Below, in pieces: positions 12,543 to 23,899 of a stretch of DNA of 57,764 nucleotides. The number at the start of each line of letters is the position of its first letter. The stretch's first letter is position 1. The notes under the pieces were generated by a model. That model searched no databases. It was not told the DNA's origin and saw only the letters and a program-made list of their open reading frames with translations. Origin of the DNA: Mesotaenium endlicherianum (taxonomy: Eukaryota); NCBI GenBank assembly GCA_009602735.1, contig WELA01002985.1, positions 342,355-400,118 on the forward strand. Reading direction: 5' to 3'. The translations under genes and the position numbers were made by a program.

Positions 12543-12559
12543 TCCAGTCTACTGACTGT
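12518..12559 (+). promoter_or_regulatory. -1 ribosomal frameshift signal (gag to pol) of B
   Basis: T_TTA_AAA heptamer in gag phase at 12518-12524, a 7-nt spacer, then a perfect 10-bp stem ACAGTCAGTA/TACTGACTGT. The -1 frame is open into the protease ORF. Confidence 0.8.
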
Positions 12560-15500
12560 GAGGATGCTAGAGATAGTGAGTCGTCACTAGCTGCCCTCGT
12601 AGCAGGTATTATGGGTCCTGCTGAACTGGATTCACTATGCATGCCTGACAAACAGATAAAGGAGACCATCAGTAATATAGACGTCCAGAGAGTGCACACT
12701 CTGGATGCTCTTGTTCCACCTGATGTCCAACATTTCTTTGCTACGTCAGGAGAACAATGCGAAAGTCAGGAAAAGACAGTCCCCCCTATCCTACTGCATT
12801 GCATGATTGCAGGTAGGAAGGTGAGGGCATTTGTTGACGGAGGGGCGTCACATACTTTTATCCACAAGGACTTAGTTAAGCGGCTAAGGCTGCCTACTGT
12901 CACCCAAGGGAATAGAAAAATATTCCTTGGAGATGCCTCAAGTATCCCGGGAGGAGTTATAACCAAGCCTATTGAGGTCCAGTTAGGTTCTGGCATTGCA
13001 GTTCTAACTGAAACGCTTACATTTGAGGTACTCAACACTGGCTTTTATGATCTCGTGCTAGGCAGGTCCTGGCTTAATAGACATCAAGCTGAAGTGTGTT
13101 GGAGCAGAGGTACAGTTAAAGTGAGAGGAGCCAGTGATGGGCAGACTGACTTGGCACCCACCAGTGCTCTTCCTCTTGTCCTGTGTGGATGGCAAATGAA
13201 GGAAAAGAAGAGGCTTCCAGAAGGATGCAAGTTGCTGAATGCAATGGAGTTCGTCAAAAGCTGGAACCAGAAGGAAGACAGAATGTTCTGTCTGCTGCTA
13301 AGAGAGGTACCTCCTCAACCTGAAGAAGTGGTTGAGAAAAAGGTACGCCCTCCAGAGCACCCTACTGCTGCAAACATTGTTGCTCAGTACACGGATGTGT
13401 TTAATATGCCTCCATGACTACCCCCTAAGCGGGAAGTAGATCATAGGATTGATTTATTACCTGGTAGTCAGCCACCCTGGCAACGCACATATGGCTTGTC
13501 TTATTTGGAGAGTGAGGAGTTAAAAACACAGATTGCAGAGCTGGAGGAAAATGGTTACATTTCTCCCAGTAAATCACCGTACGGCGCACCTATCCTATTT
13601 GTTAAGAAAAAGGATGGCAGTATGCGGATGTGTGTGGATTACAGAGCCCTGAACAGAATTACAGTAAAGAACAAGTATGCTTTACCCAGAATCGAGGACT
13701 TGCTTGATACCCTGTCTGGCGCTAAGGTGTTCAGTAAGATAGATCTCAAGAGTGGTTATCATCAAATCAGAATTGCTGAGGGGGACGAACACAAGACTGC
13801 TTTCCGCACACGTTATGGACACTATGAGTTCAACGTGATGCCATTTGGACTGACTAATGCTCCTGCTACCTTTATGGGTGCTATGAATGACATTTTCAGA
13901 CCTTATTTGGATAAGTTTGTGCAAGTTTTCCTGGATGATATTTTAATTTTCTCTAAAGATGAAGCTCAGCACACTTAACACTTAAAAATAGTCTTGGACA
14001 CTCTGCGGAAAAATCACTTATATGCTAAAATGAGCAAGTGTGATTTCTTTAAGGAAAGTATTGAATTCTTAGGCCACGTTGTCAGTAAAGAGGGCATCAG
14101 TGTGGATCCTAAGAAAGTCCAGACCATAAGGGACTGGCCAGTACCACAGTCTGTCTCTGAAGTTAGATCCTTCCTCGGGTTGGCTAACTACTATAGGAGA
14201 TTTATTGAGAATTATTCCACAAAGGCCAGTAAACTGACTGACCTTACTAAGAAAGACATAGGGTATGTGTGGGGGGAAGAGCAGCAGGCTGCCTTCCAGA
14301 CCCTTAAAGATGCCCTTTGCTCTGCCCCAGTATTAGCCGTGTATGACCCCAACAAACCGGTGCAGGTGGTTACTGATGCCTCTGACTTTGCCATGGGTGC
14401 TATTTTGTTGCAGCCTGCTGACAAAACCACAAAGGATGGTAAGGTACGGCAGGAGTGGCATCCGGTGTTGTATGAGTCTATGAAATTTAATCCAGCGGAG
14501 ATTAATTACTCAGTGCATGATAAAGAGCTGCTAGCTATCATTCATGTACTCAAACAGTGGAGAGCATACTTACATGGTAAAGCTTTTAAGGTGATTACAG
14601 ATCATCTAGCTCTGACCCACTTTCAGAAGAAGTCCAAGCTGTCGAGGAGGGAGAACCGCTGGAGCCAGATGCTGGAGCAGTTCCAAGTCCAGATCGACTA
14701 CAAACCAGGGAAGTTGAATCCTGCTGATGCACTCTCTAGAAGACCTGACTTGCAAGAAAGGAACTTTAGTCAGCATACTGTAGATAAAGTCCTGTGTGCA
14801 CTCACTTCACTAAAGGTGAAAAAGTCCTTCCTTGAACATCTTAGGAAAGCCTACCTTTCTGACCCAACATTTGAGCCCAGCCCCACTACTGGTATGTGTC
14901 GTGCTACCGCACTCGGGTATAAGCTCAAGGGAGGGGTCTGGGTGACTGAAACCACTTCAGGCAGGCTGAAGCTGGTCATTCCTAATAATTTGGAAATAAG
15001 GTCTCTCTTACTGAGTCAAGCTCATGACAGTCTCCTGGGTGGACATTTGGGGCAGGCCAAAACTGTTGGCAAACTGGCAAAACATTATCATTGGGAGGGG
15101 TTACCCCGGGAGGTCTTGAAATATGTCAAGTCCTGTGACCAGTGTCAGAGAAATAAGTCTCGGCACACACCACCCGGAGGTCTCTTGCAACCACTATCCA
15201 TCCCAGCTGGACGCTGGGAAACTATATCCTTGGACTGGGTGGCCACACTGCCACGAACTGCTAATGGGCATGATTCGATATTGGTAGTCGTGGATAAACT
15301 GACAAAAATGGTCATTTTTATCCCCACAACTGTCAAAGTGACTGCACTCGAAACAGCGAGACAGTTTTACAACCATGTAGTATGCCAACATGGGCTCCCT
15401 TCTAATATCATCTCAGACAGAGACTCAAAATTCACCTCTAAGTTCTGGAGAGCTTTAATGGGGTTAATGGGAGTCAAACAGCTGCTCAGCACAGCAAACC

Positions 15501-16327
15501 ACCCTCAGATTGATGGGCAGACTGAAAGAACTAATTGAGTTTTGCAGGAGGTGCTGAGAGTATATATTAACCAAAAACAAGATAATTGGGATGACCTGTT
15601 GCCTCAAATTCAGTTTGCGGTCAACAGTGCGGTGCACGCGTCAACGGGCAAAACTCCTTTTGAACTCAGCCTGGGTAGAGTCCCTAAGTCTCCTCTAGAT
15701 GTGCTAGGGGAATCTTTAACTCACCCTGAAGGGATTGACAACCCGGTCTCCCTCCAGTTAACTCAGGAGTTTGCTGACACCCTGTCAGAAGTCCAACGAA
15801 ACTTGCACACGGCCCAAGAAAACCAACAAAAATACGCTAATCAACACCGTCGGGAACTGACATTTTCCAAGGGGGATTTAGTCAAACTGCATTCTCAGCA
15901 CCTGTACCTCCCTGGTGTGGTCAAGAAAAAGCTTGGCCCTGTCTGGGTCGGTCCATATTCGGTGGTCCGTCGTGTCGGTCAGAATGCTTACAAACTGAAC
16001 ATGTCAGCTGAATACAAGGGGCACCCGGTCTTTAATGTCTCCTTCCTGGAACCGTACATCAAAGGTGATACACTGTTCACAGGTCGGTTCCCTGTCCAAC
16101 CGGGACCGGTCCCCGCTGTCCGGGACGGCGACCCTGAGGAATATGAGGTCGATGAGATTTTAGACGCTCGCTCGGTCCGTCGATCGTCTAAATATGTCAT
16201 GAAATACCTCATTCGCTGGAAGGGTTACGATGCCTCTTGGGACACTTGGGAATTTAAGGACCACTTGACCAATGCCAAAGGGGCATTGAAACGGTTCCAC
16301 CTTCGAGCCGCTGGAGTCCCTTCATAA
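12518..16327 (+). pseudogene. pol: Pol of B (PR, RT, RNase H, integrase, chromodomain) with three premature stops
   Basis: Single frame with FVDGGAS, VFLDD, VTDASD, H-H-C-C zinc finger, SDRD, DGQTER, GPY and EYEVDEIL...YLIRWKGY...TWE. Stops at 13415, 13976 and 15536. Confidence 0.93.
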
Positions 16328-16594
16328 CTGTCATTTCAGTTGACACGGGAAGGTGACAGGCGGTCCTGTCTCCATTTACGTTGGAGGGGAAAATATATGA
16401 CAGTTAGTGAGCGAGAGCGATAAAAACACACTCATACGTTTATGTGTAGCGCATCGCAACTACGTCAACTTTTAGCAATCATCCTGTAAGGTAAACAGCA
16501 GCGAAGCCACTATACTAAATACTAACATACTTCCTGCAATCCCTATGACAAAGGTCCATATCCTACTAACTTGTGCCCTGGTTACATGTGCAGG

Positions 16595-17981
16595 ATGGCG
16601 CCCACCACACAAAAGGAGGACAGAAAGCGCAAGGCAGAAGAAGCCAGGAGGACAATGGAGCAATACCAGAAGGAGCTGGCGGCGACGTCCCTCACCAGGA
16701 GAGAACAAGAAAGGGTCCGCAAACAACAAGAGGCGGCAGAAGAGGCACAGAGGAAGAAGGATCAGGAAGCGGAAAACCTCAGGAAGGCTGAGGAGGAGAG
16801 ACAGAAGAAACAACAAGAAGAAGGGGCAGCGGCAGAGGAGGAAAAAAGGAAAAAGATTGAAGCGGACAGACAGAAGAGCTTGGCCACTTACAGGTATACT
16901 GTGGTGGGTGGCCAAAACTTCGATAACCTGAAGGAAGCATTGCTGGCAGCCCAGGAGATCAACAGGCTGGAACAGACAACACTGCTACAGAAGGAAGGAG
17001 CTACAGCACTGGACAGGTACATCGAGACACACACCGGCGTGGTCCTTTACGAAGATTATGCTAAGATGGTGGGCTATACAGCAGAGCAGGCCCGGTATCT
17101 CGCAGATGATTCAGAGGACAAGCCGGTCCCCATANNNNNNNNNNNNNNNNNNNNNNNNNNNNNNNNNNNNNNNNNNNNNNNNNNNNNNNNNNNNNNNNNN
17201 NNNNNNNNNNNNNNNNNNNNNNNNNNNNNNNNNNNNNNNNNNNNNNNNNNNNNNNNNNNNNNNNNNNNNNNNNNNNNNNNNNNNNNNNNNNNNNNNNNNN
17301 NNNNNNNNNNNNNNNNNNNNNNNNNNNNNNNNNNNNNNNNNNNNNNNNNNNNNNNNNNNNNNNNNNNNNNNNNNNNNNNNNNNNNNNNNNNNNNNNNNNN
17401 NNNNNNNNNNNNNNNNNNNNNNNNNNNNNNNNNNNNNNNNNNNNNNNNNNNNNNNNNNNNNNNNNNNNNNNNNNNNNNNNNNNNNNNNNNNNNNNNNNNN
17501 NNNNNNNNNNNNNNNNNNNNNNNNNNNNNNNNNNNNNNNNNNNNNNNNNNNNNNNNNNNNNNNNNNNNNNNNNNNNNNNNNNNNNNNNNNNNNNNNNNNN
17601 NNNNNNNNNNNNNNNNNNNNNNNNNNNNNNNNNNNNNNNNNNNNNNNNNNNNNNNNNNNNNNNNNNNNNNNNNNNNNNNNNNNNNNNNNNNNNNNNNNNN
17701 NNNNNNNNNNNNNNNNNNNNNNNNNNNNNNNNNNNNNNNNNNNNNNNNNNNNNNNNNNNNNNNNNNNNNNNNNNNNNNNNNNNNNNNNNNNNNNNNNNNN
17801 NNNNNNNNNNNNNNNNNNNNNNNNNNNNNNNNNNNNNNNNNNNNNNNNNNNNNNNNNNNNNNNNNNNNNNNNNNNNNNNNNNNNNNNNNNNAGAAGGCCA
17901 GCTGACAGACCTAGAGGGCTGTCCAGATCTAGGTCCAGATCTCCGTCTCCTGATCCTGAAGCCCCAGGAACAACCCCTTAA
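16595..17981 (+). CDS. Extra ORF of B between pol and the 3' LTR: charged coiled-coil protein with RS-like tail (middle lost in assembly gap)
   Basis: Open frame MAPTTQKEDRKRKAEE... runs to the gap and is preceded by TACTAAC and a TGCAG acceptor. After the gap one frame reads RGLSRSRSRSPSP; continuity across the gap is assumed. A homologous remnant exists in element A. Confidence 0.65.
17135..17891. other. Assembly gap
   Basis: Run of N. Confidence 1.
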
Positions 17982-18081
17982 GGTGATAGGCTGAGAAGAC
18001 AGTCAGTAGGGGAGGCTGGTCAGGGTCAGTTCCTTTATTTAAAGCTTTGGCAATTTAATGTTGTCGAGGCGACAACAAGTT

Positions 18082-18094
18082 AAGTTGGAGGGAT
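18082..18094 (+). promoter_or_regulatory. Polypurine tract of B
   Basis: AAGTTGGAGGGAT immediately before the 3' LTR. Confidence 0.7.
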
Positions 18095-18820
18095 TGTAAT
18101 GAATCAGTATATTAGTAAATATAATATTCATTTAAATATAATAGTTAATTAAGTTCAGCCTGCTGAACTTTAGTTAATAGTCAGTCTGCTGGACTTTACA
18201 TAATTATCAGTTTAATGACTCAGCCGGAAGCAGCAGGCTGAAGTCCATATAAGTCAGCTTGCTGACCCATTCTTTGACAGCCAGCTGACTTCCGTACTCG
18301 GTAGCAGCGAACTGCCTTGACTTACACCTAAGTACGATATGCTAGATGAATGGCCAGATGACATCCCTATGATGGATGGCTTGCGGGATGATGGGAGATG
18401 GCGGTGGATTTGGTTAACCGAGAGGTCTTACCAACGTGGTTAACTCCCGGGTAGGCGGTGCCATCGCACTGACCGTTGAACAGTAAACTCATTCCATGTA
18501 CATATGCTAGGCATTCCTCTCGAGTTNGGTTCGACATTCGGAAACGGGGCCAACTCTCTTGTACAGCTGACTGAGAGAGATCTGAATCCAAGGCGAGAAG
18601 CCATTGATACGCACTGTCTTCTAACCTTGCTTATGTATGAGTTTACTGATTTGCATTATTGATGCTAGTTTACTCGCATTTGACTTACGAGTATTATTCG
18701 CTGCTAGTGTATTGTCCTTCGCCGTTTAACCAGTTAACGAAAATTACCATAAAGATTACTTGCTGATATGAAGATCTTTATTAATTGTTAATCGCTTATT
18801 TGGTAAGTCGATTCATTTCA
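18095..18820 (+). repeat. 3' LTR of B
   Basis: Direct repeat of 10310-11029 with a few substitutions and indels. Confidence 0.96.
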
Positions 18821-19706
18821 ACTGGCCTAACAAGGATGTGCGCTGCTTAGCTCTACCACTATACTCCATGGGCTGTATTGTGAATGCTGGTGACCATAGA
18901 CTGGTATGACTCCATGTGTGAAGAAACAAATGCTTATGCGGAGCTTGAAGAAGCTAAGAACTGGATTATTTTGAGCACTACAAAGTTAATCATGTGGCAT
19001 GGGCTTTGCATAGCCATGGCCCTCAATCCCCTGCCCAGATGTACCATGTACTAGAGGAGTGATAAGAGAGGACCTATCCTGTTTCCAGCTTTTGGAAAAT
19101 GGATGTCCAGGGACAGGTGGGTGCAAATCAAAAAGTACTTGCATCTTATTGCAAGTGCTGGCAGGAATGTCTTTAATAGGCAGTCTGGAGTGTATAGATT
19201 GTGGCAATGTCAGCTCTTCATCACTTTGCTCAAACAAACCTCTAAGGACTACTACAATCCGGGAGTGCACATGACCATTGATAAGAGGTTAGCTCCAACT
19301 AGAAACAGAATGTGTCCAGTTAGAGTATATTGTCCCAAAAAGCCTTAAAATTTTGGAATGGAGAACTTTACACTTGTTGATTCCATCACATACCATTGTT
19401 GAAATTTCAAAGTGTATGTATGACAAAGTCAAGAGGTCGGATGGAAACACTCAGGTTGTCATAGAACTTGTGAACACTTTGCCTAAAAATCAAACATACA
19501 GTTTTGTTTTAGATAGAGGCCTTACTTGTCCTGTGCTCATTCAGAAGTTGTCAGATTTGGGCCATGGTGCAACTGGGACATGTGAAACTAAGAGGAAGCA
19601 CTATCCTAAGAATGAGTTAAAGTTAGAAGCACCCCCAGGTCAGGAAGAAGTAGATCAGGGTAGTTTTGTAGCAGTCATCTCTGACAGGCCTGAGCAGATT
19701 GCAGTT
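18821..19706 (+). pseudogene. PB2 transposase core fragment
   Basis: MCEETNAYA, MSRDRWVQIKKYLHL, HMTIDKRL...PKKP (IDE-like first Asp motif), VLDRGLTCP and GHGATGT; frameshifted. Confidence 0.85.
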
Positions 19707-21441
19707 CTGCGCAGGATCCTCGCAATTGATTCAAGCAAGGCCGCAGGAGGCAAGCCCCCATTTTCATCGCACAGGTGGATGGCCAATGTGGTCGCCATGC
19801 CGTTCCGGCGACTCTGCAGGGTGAAGTACATGATGAACGCCGCATACATTCCTATGTGGAGGAGCTGAGCACGGAAGCGACAGGTGACGTCACCGCGGGA
19901 CATCTGCCGAAACACGAGCAAGTACGGATGCACGGGATGTCAAACACCACGAGGATGCGGGCAGCAGAGACATCAGAGCGCAAGGGGGAAACTTGTGCCC
20001 CCCCCCCCAAAAATCCAATCACTCCTGGCACAAGATGGGTCAACGATCGATCATACCGACTGGAACGGCCTGACGCACTCATCGAGCACAACCAAAATGA
20101 GTGCGTAGTCCAACTTGTCCTCGGCGATGGACAAGTCACCGCTCTGCAGGGCTTCAGCTATCGACCCCTGGGACCATGCTCCCATGCAGCTGACAAAGGC
20201 CCCGATGGTCCTCACCGCGCAATGGCTGCCAACGCCAACAAAGACACAAGACAAACATGCTGGTTGATTGGCACGCGCGATACAAATAAACAGCAGTTCA
20301 AAGAGGCATCTGGGCACAAGCTAATTCATTGGTGCATGGGTGGGGAAGAAGCACACGCACTCGGGATCTTGCCGGTACTCCGCCAAGCGCACCACCCCCA
20401 AGCCGCACTCCATCGTCTCGGCATAGTTGGCTGCCTTTGAGTCGGGCACGAGGAGGATGATATCGAGAGATGTCTCCCCGTCCGGCCCCTCGGTGAGAGC
20501 AAACTCCACGTGACGCAGCCGCAGATTCTCCACACAGTTTGGGCGCAGGGCAACAAAGCAGAATACTTGCACCATCTGCTTCATAACCAGGTCCCTCAGG
20601 CGGCTCGTGTCTAGGGAGGAAAGGAACGTGCAGAACATGTCCACCGTTAGAGGCCGCGTCTAATACGGGTACTGAGTGTCAAACCTCCTAGCACCCCATC
20701 ACACTCACAGTCCAGCATGCAGGCAAGTTCAGCCAAATGCAGCTTCCCCAACACGAGAAGCATACAAGGGGCGGGCTGCAGCCGGCAACTGCAGGCCTGT
20801 AGCGCCCGCCCGCCCGCCTCGACGCGGGCATGCAAGGGGCGAGCGGGAGCAGGCACTAAACACGTGCAGCAGCCGCCCTATCGCGGGCATACAAGTGACG
20901 CGGGCATACAAGTGGCGAGGGGCAGCAGGCACTGGACACGTGCAGCATTTGCCTCGACGCGGGCATGCAAGGGGCGGGCGGCAGCGAGCATGCAAAGGGC
21001 TGGTGGCAGCAAGCATTAGATACGTGCAGCAACTTGCCCCTATGCGGGCATACAATTGGCAGGCGGCAGCAGGCAGCAGGCCTGCAGCACCCGCCTCGAC
21101 ACGGGCATGCAGAGGGGCGGGCTGCAACAGGCACTAGACAATGCAGCAGCCCCCCTCCGTTGCCCCGACGCGGGCATACAAGTGGCGGGCGACAGCAAGC
21201 AACAGGCCTGCAGCTGCTTGCCCCGCCGCCCAGACGCGTGCAGCAGCCCGCCCACCCCGACATGAACATGAAAGAGATTGTGTGAGGGTGGACCGACTTT
21301 GCTGTAGAGGAAGAAAAGCGGACTCAAATAGACCCTAGGACATCGAAAGATGTAGCACACAAGGTGCGTGTGTGCGATTGTTTTCAAATCTGGATGCGTA
21401 TGTGCATGCGTGTGGGTGCAAGTTTGCAGGTGCGCACTCGC
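19707..21441 (-). pseudogene. Inserted fragment of an apparently intron-containing tyrosine recombinase gene (Crypton/DUF3435-like)
   Basis: Minus-strand blocks in order: TRPLTVDMF...FCFVALRPNCVENLRLRHV (catalytic R box), VPDSK (K), VCLVSLLALA...GAF, and YFTLQSRRNGMATTLA (HxxR-like box). GC-rich compared with the flanking piggyBac. Truncated before the catalytic Tyr. Confidence 0.65.
20750..21250. repeat. GC-rich degenerate minisatellite inside the recombinase fragment
   Basis: Recurring GACGCGGGCATRCAAGKGGCG...GCAGCAGGC...GTGCAGCA units about 55-65 bp apart. Confidence 0.8.
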
Positions 21442-22045
21442 ATGAATTTCTTGTCAAATTGTAGAGGTCTAAATGTAGTACAAGTGGAGAGGAGACAGAA
21501 GGAGGGAGAGAAGAAGACTATTCCTTGTCCTGAGATTGTATTTTACTACAACGGTCAACCAATACAAGGATGCAGTGGACCAGTTTGACAAACTGTGCCT
21601 GCGCGACAACTATTATGTGGAGACCGAGCAGGTGACTCAGAAGTGGTGGCATCGTCTGTATTGGGGTCTTTTTGATGGTGCTATTGCTAATGCTTTCATC
21701 TTGTACCAGCTAGCTCATCCTGAGAAGGACAGGTACACCTTTATGCTTGACTTGGTGGAGGAGATGACAACATGGGTTCATCCTCACGATAGACAGCTCA
21801 AGCCTGGGTCTAGTGGTTGTCGGTAAGGGGAGGCGGGAAAGGCAAGGTGGACTGCAAGGCATTTTCCTAGCCATGTAGATAAGGGAGTGAGAGCAAACAG
21901 TGTGATCTGCATATCTAAGAAGTTTTACATGGGGGCAGCAGCTAGGAAAGCTAGGTGCCAATTTATGTGCAGGCCCTGTAATGTGATGATGTGTCCTGAC
22001 ACATGCTTCGAGATTTTTCGCATTACAAGGACATCAAGCATGTAG
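21442..22045 (+). pseudogene. PB2 transposase C-terminal part
   Basis: IPCPEIV, NQYKDAVDQFD, KWWHRLYWGLFDGAIANAFILY and Cys-rich CVIC...CRPCNVMMCPDTCF. Confidence 0.85.
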
Positions 22046-22763
22046 ATGTTCCTCCATTTAGGCTTTCTAATGGTTATAGAGCTCAGTAGTATGACAAGCT
22101 TGCAAAAACACTCAGTCTCAATTTTTTGGCAGCAAGTACATAGCTCTAGACTTGAACTTTCGACGCCTCGACACATGGAACATTGCATCATATGCTATAA
22201 TTTTTCTTTGCACATCTTTTGAGCTTCATTGTTGTAGAGTACTAGGTTAGTATGTACTGAATGTATGGATACTTGTTTCATTAAAAAGCATGAAGTATTG
22301 CAAAAGATATGAAGAAAATTGTTATGCAGCTCTCATACTTTGCTACACATATTGTGGAACCAATGCAAGAAACCTGGTGTAAATACTGACACCAAAATTT
22401 TGAGATGCTATAACTCAGGGTGCACAAGTCTAAATGTAATATGTAAAGTGCTATAGGCTCCACACATCATGAGGTAGCTTACCAAAATTCGGCAACCCCA
22501 GAAAAGTTGTACTTTCCAAGATATGGGCCGTCCAAGATTGTACCTTTTTGTTGCGCACAAGTGTGTTTGCACCCAAGGTACAAAAGGTACAAAATATTGG
22601 TGCAAAAATTAAGTTTTTTACATGAGCAGGTAGCTTATTCAAAGAGCAACCTACACATAGATGGTGTGAGTGCATCAGATAAGGGATGAATTTAATATGA
22701 CCATCCAAAAAAAGGCTCTTATGGTGTCAAAATTGGTTTAATAAGCAGTAAACCTAGTGTTAA

Positions 22764-23362
22764 AGGAAGCATTGAATTTTTGGGACATCTTGTCAATAAG
22801 CAAGGCATCAGTGTAAACCTCAGGAAAGTCCACACCATAAGGGACTGGCCAACACCAAAATTGATCTTTGAAGGTAGATCCTTTCTCGAGATGGCTAACT
22901 ACTACATAAGATTTGTCGACTGACCTCACTAAGAAAGACATAATATATGTGTGGGGGGAAGAACAGCAAGCTGCCTTCCAAACTCTTAAGATGCTCTCGT
23001 TCCGCCCCTATTCTCTCTGTGTATGAGTGTAGTAAACCTGTGCAAGTGGTGACTGACGCTTCTGACTTTGCCATGGATGCTATTTTGTTACAACCTGCTG
23101 ACAAAACCGATAGCAAGCAGTGCCAATGGGCATGATTCTATACTGAAAGGAATGGATAAATTCATAAATTGATTATCTTCATACCCACCACAGTTAAGTA
23201 ACTGCACTCAAAGGTGCAAGACAATTTTACAATCATATAGTATGCCAACATGGGCTACCCTCTAAATTACCTTGGATAGAGTCTTACAATCCACTTCTAA
23301 GCTCCAGGGAGCTTTAGTGGAGTTAATAGGATTCAAACAGCTACTCAGGGATAGCTAACTAC
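22764..23362 (+). pseudogene. Element A pol fragment (RT end, RNase H start, integrase), with internal deletions
   Basis: [25 protein letters not shown] is nearly identical to B; the sequence then jumps to integrase homology. Confidence 0.85.
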
Positions 23363-23865
23363 TGTAGTGAAACAGATAGATAAAGTACTTAGTGAAATAT
23401 AATACTTTATCTATTCAAGACAAGGATCTTTGAACACAAGTGGTAGCTTCTTGAAAGAGAGATGGCTTCTTGAAAGTTAATATATTTCTGGATTTTGGCA
23501 AGTACAAGAGTGATTCTGGAATGTCTTTCTATGTTCTAGCTCTTGTTTATATACTTGCTACATAAGTAATTTCTAGGAAGGTGTATGTTGATGTGTTGGC
23601 ACCCAACACATCCCAAAACTTGCCACCTCTTTCTAGAATAATGTACACATGTCCTTTTGACCTAAAAATGGCACATCTGACTTTTGCCACATGGAGTTCT
23701 TCTAGGTCTTTCCTCTAACTTCGAAAATGCCTTAGAAGGTTCAAAGGACATGAACCAAGTCACTAGAGTACCTATTCACACTTGAATCCACACAATACTA
23801 CTCCAAATATATTCAAAAGCATTAAAATATATGCCAACTAATATATTATAACTCAAATCACTACA
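23363..23865 (-). repeat. 3' LTR of C
   Basis: TGTAGTGAAAC...ATCACTACA; direct repeat of 29545-30047. Confidence 0.95.
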
Positions 23866-23899
23866 TCACCCCCCCGATAGAAAAAGCGACGTCTCGGCG

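Larger units (their letters stand above)
10310..18820 (+). mobile_element. Full-length Ty3/gypsy chromovirus B with an extra 3' ORF
   Basis: Two near-identical TG...CA LTRs, PBS, gag, PR-RT-RH-INT-chromodomain and PPT. Flanks ATCGG/ACTGG are interpretable as a mutated 5-bp TSD. Confidence 0.96.
9225..22759 (+). mobile_element. piggyBac element PB2, interrupted by chromovirus B and a tyrosine-recombinase fragment
   Basis: TTAA at 9221-9224 and 22760-22763. TIR CACTAGGTWTACTG (13/14 match) at both ends. Transposase pieces lie in the correct order. Confidence 0.9.

Noticed and set aside
16595..17134. True env glycoprotein
   Set aside because: The visible part is highly charged with no signal peptide or TM helix; the gap prevents full exclusion.
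16571..17981. Long ORF-track calls spanning N runs (also 44905-45585)
   Set aside because: Lengths and frames are artefacts of assembly gaps.
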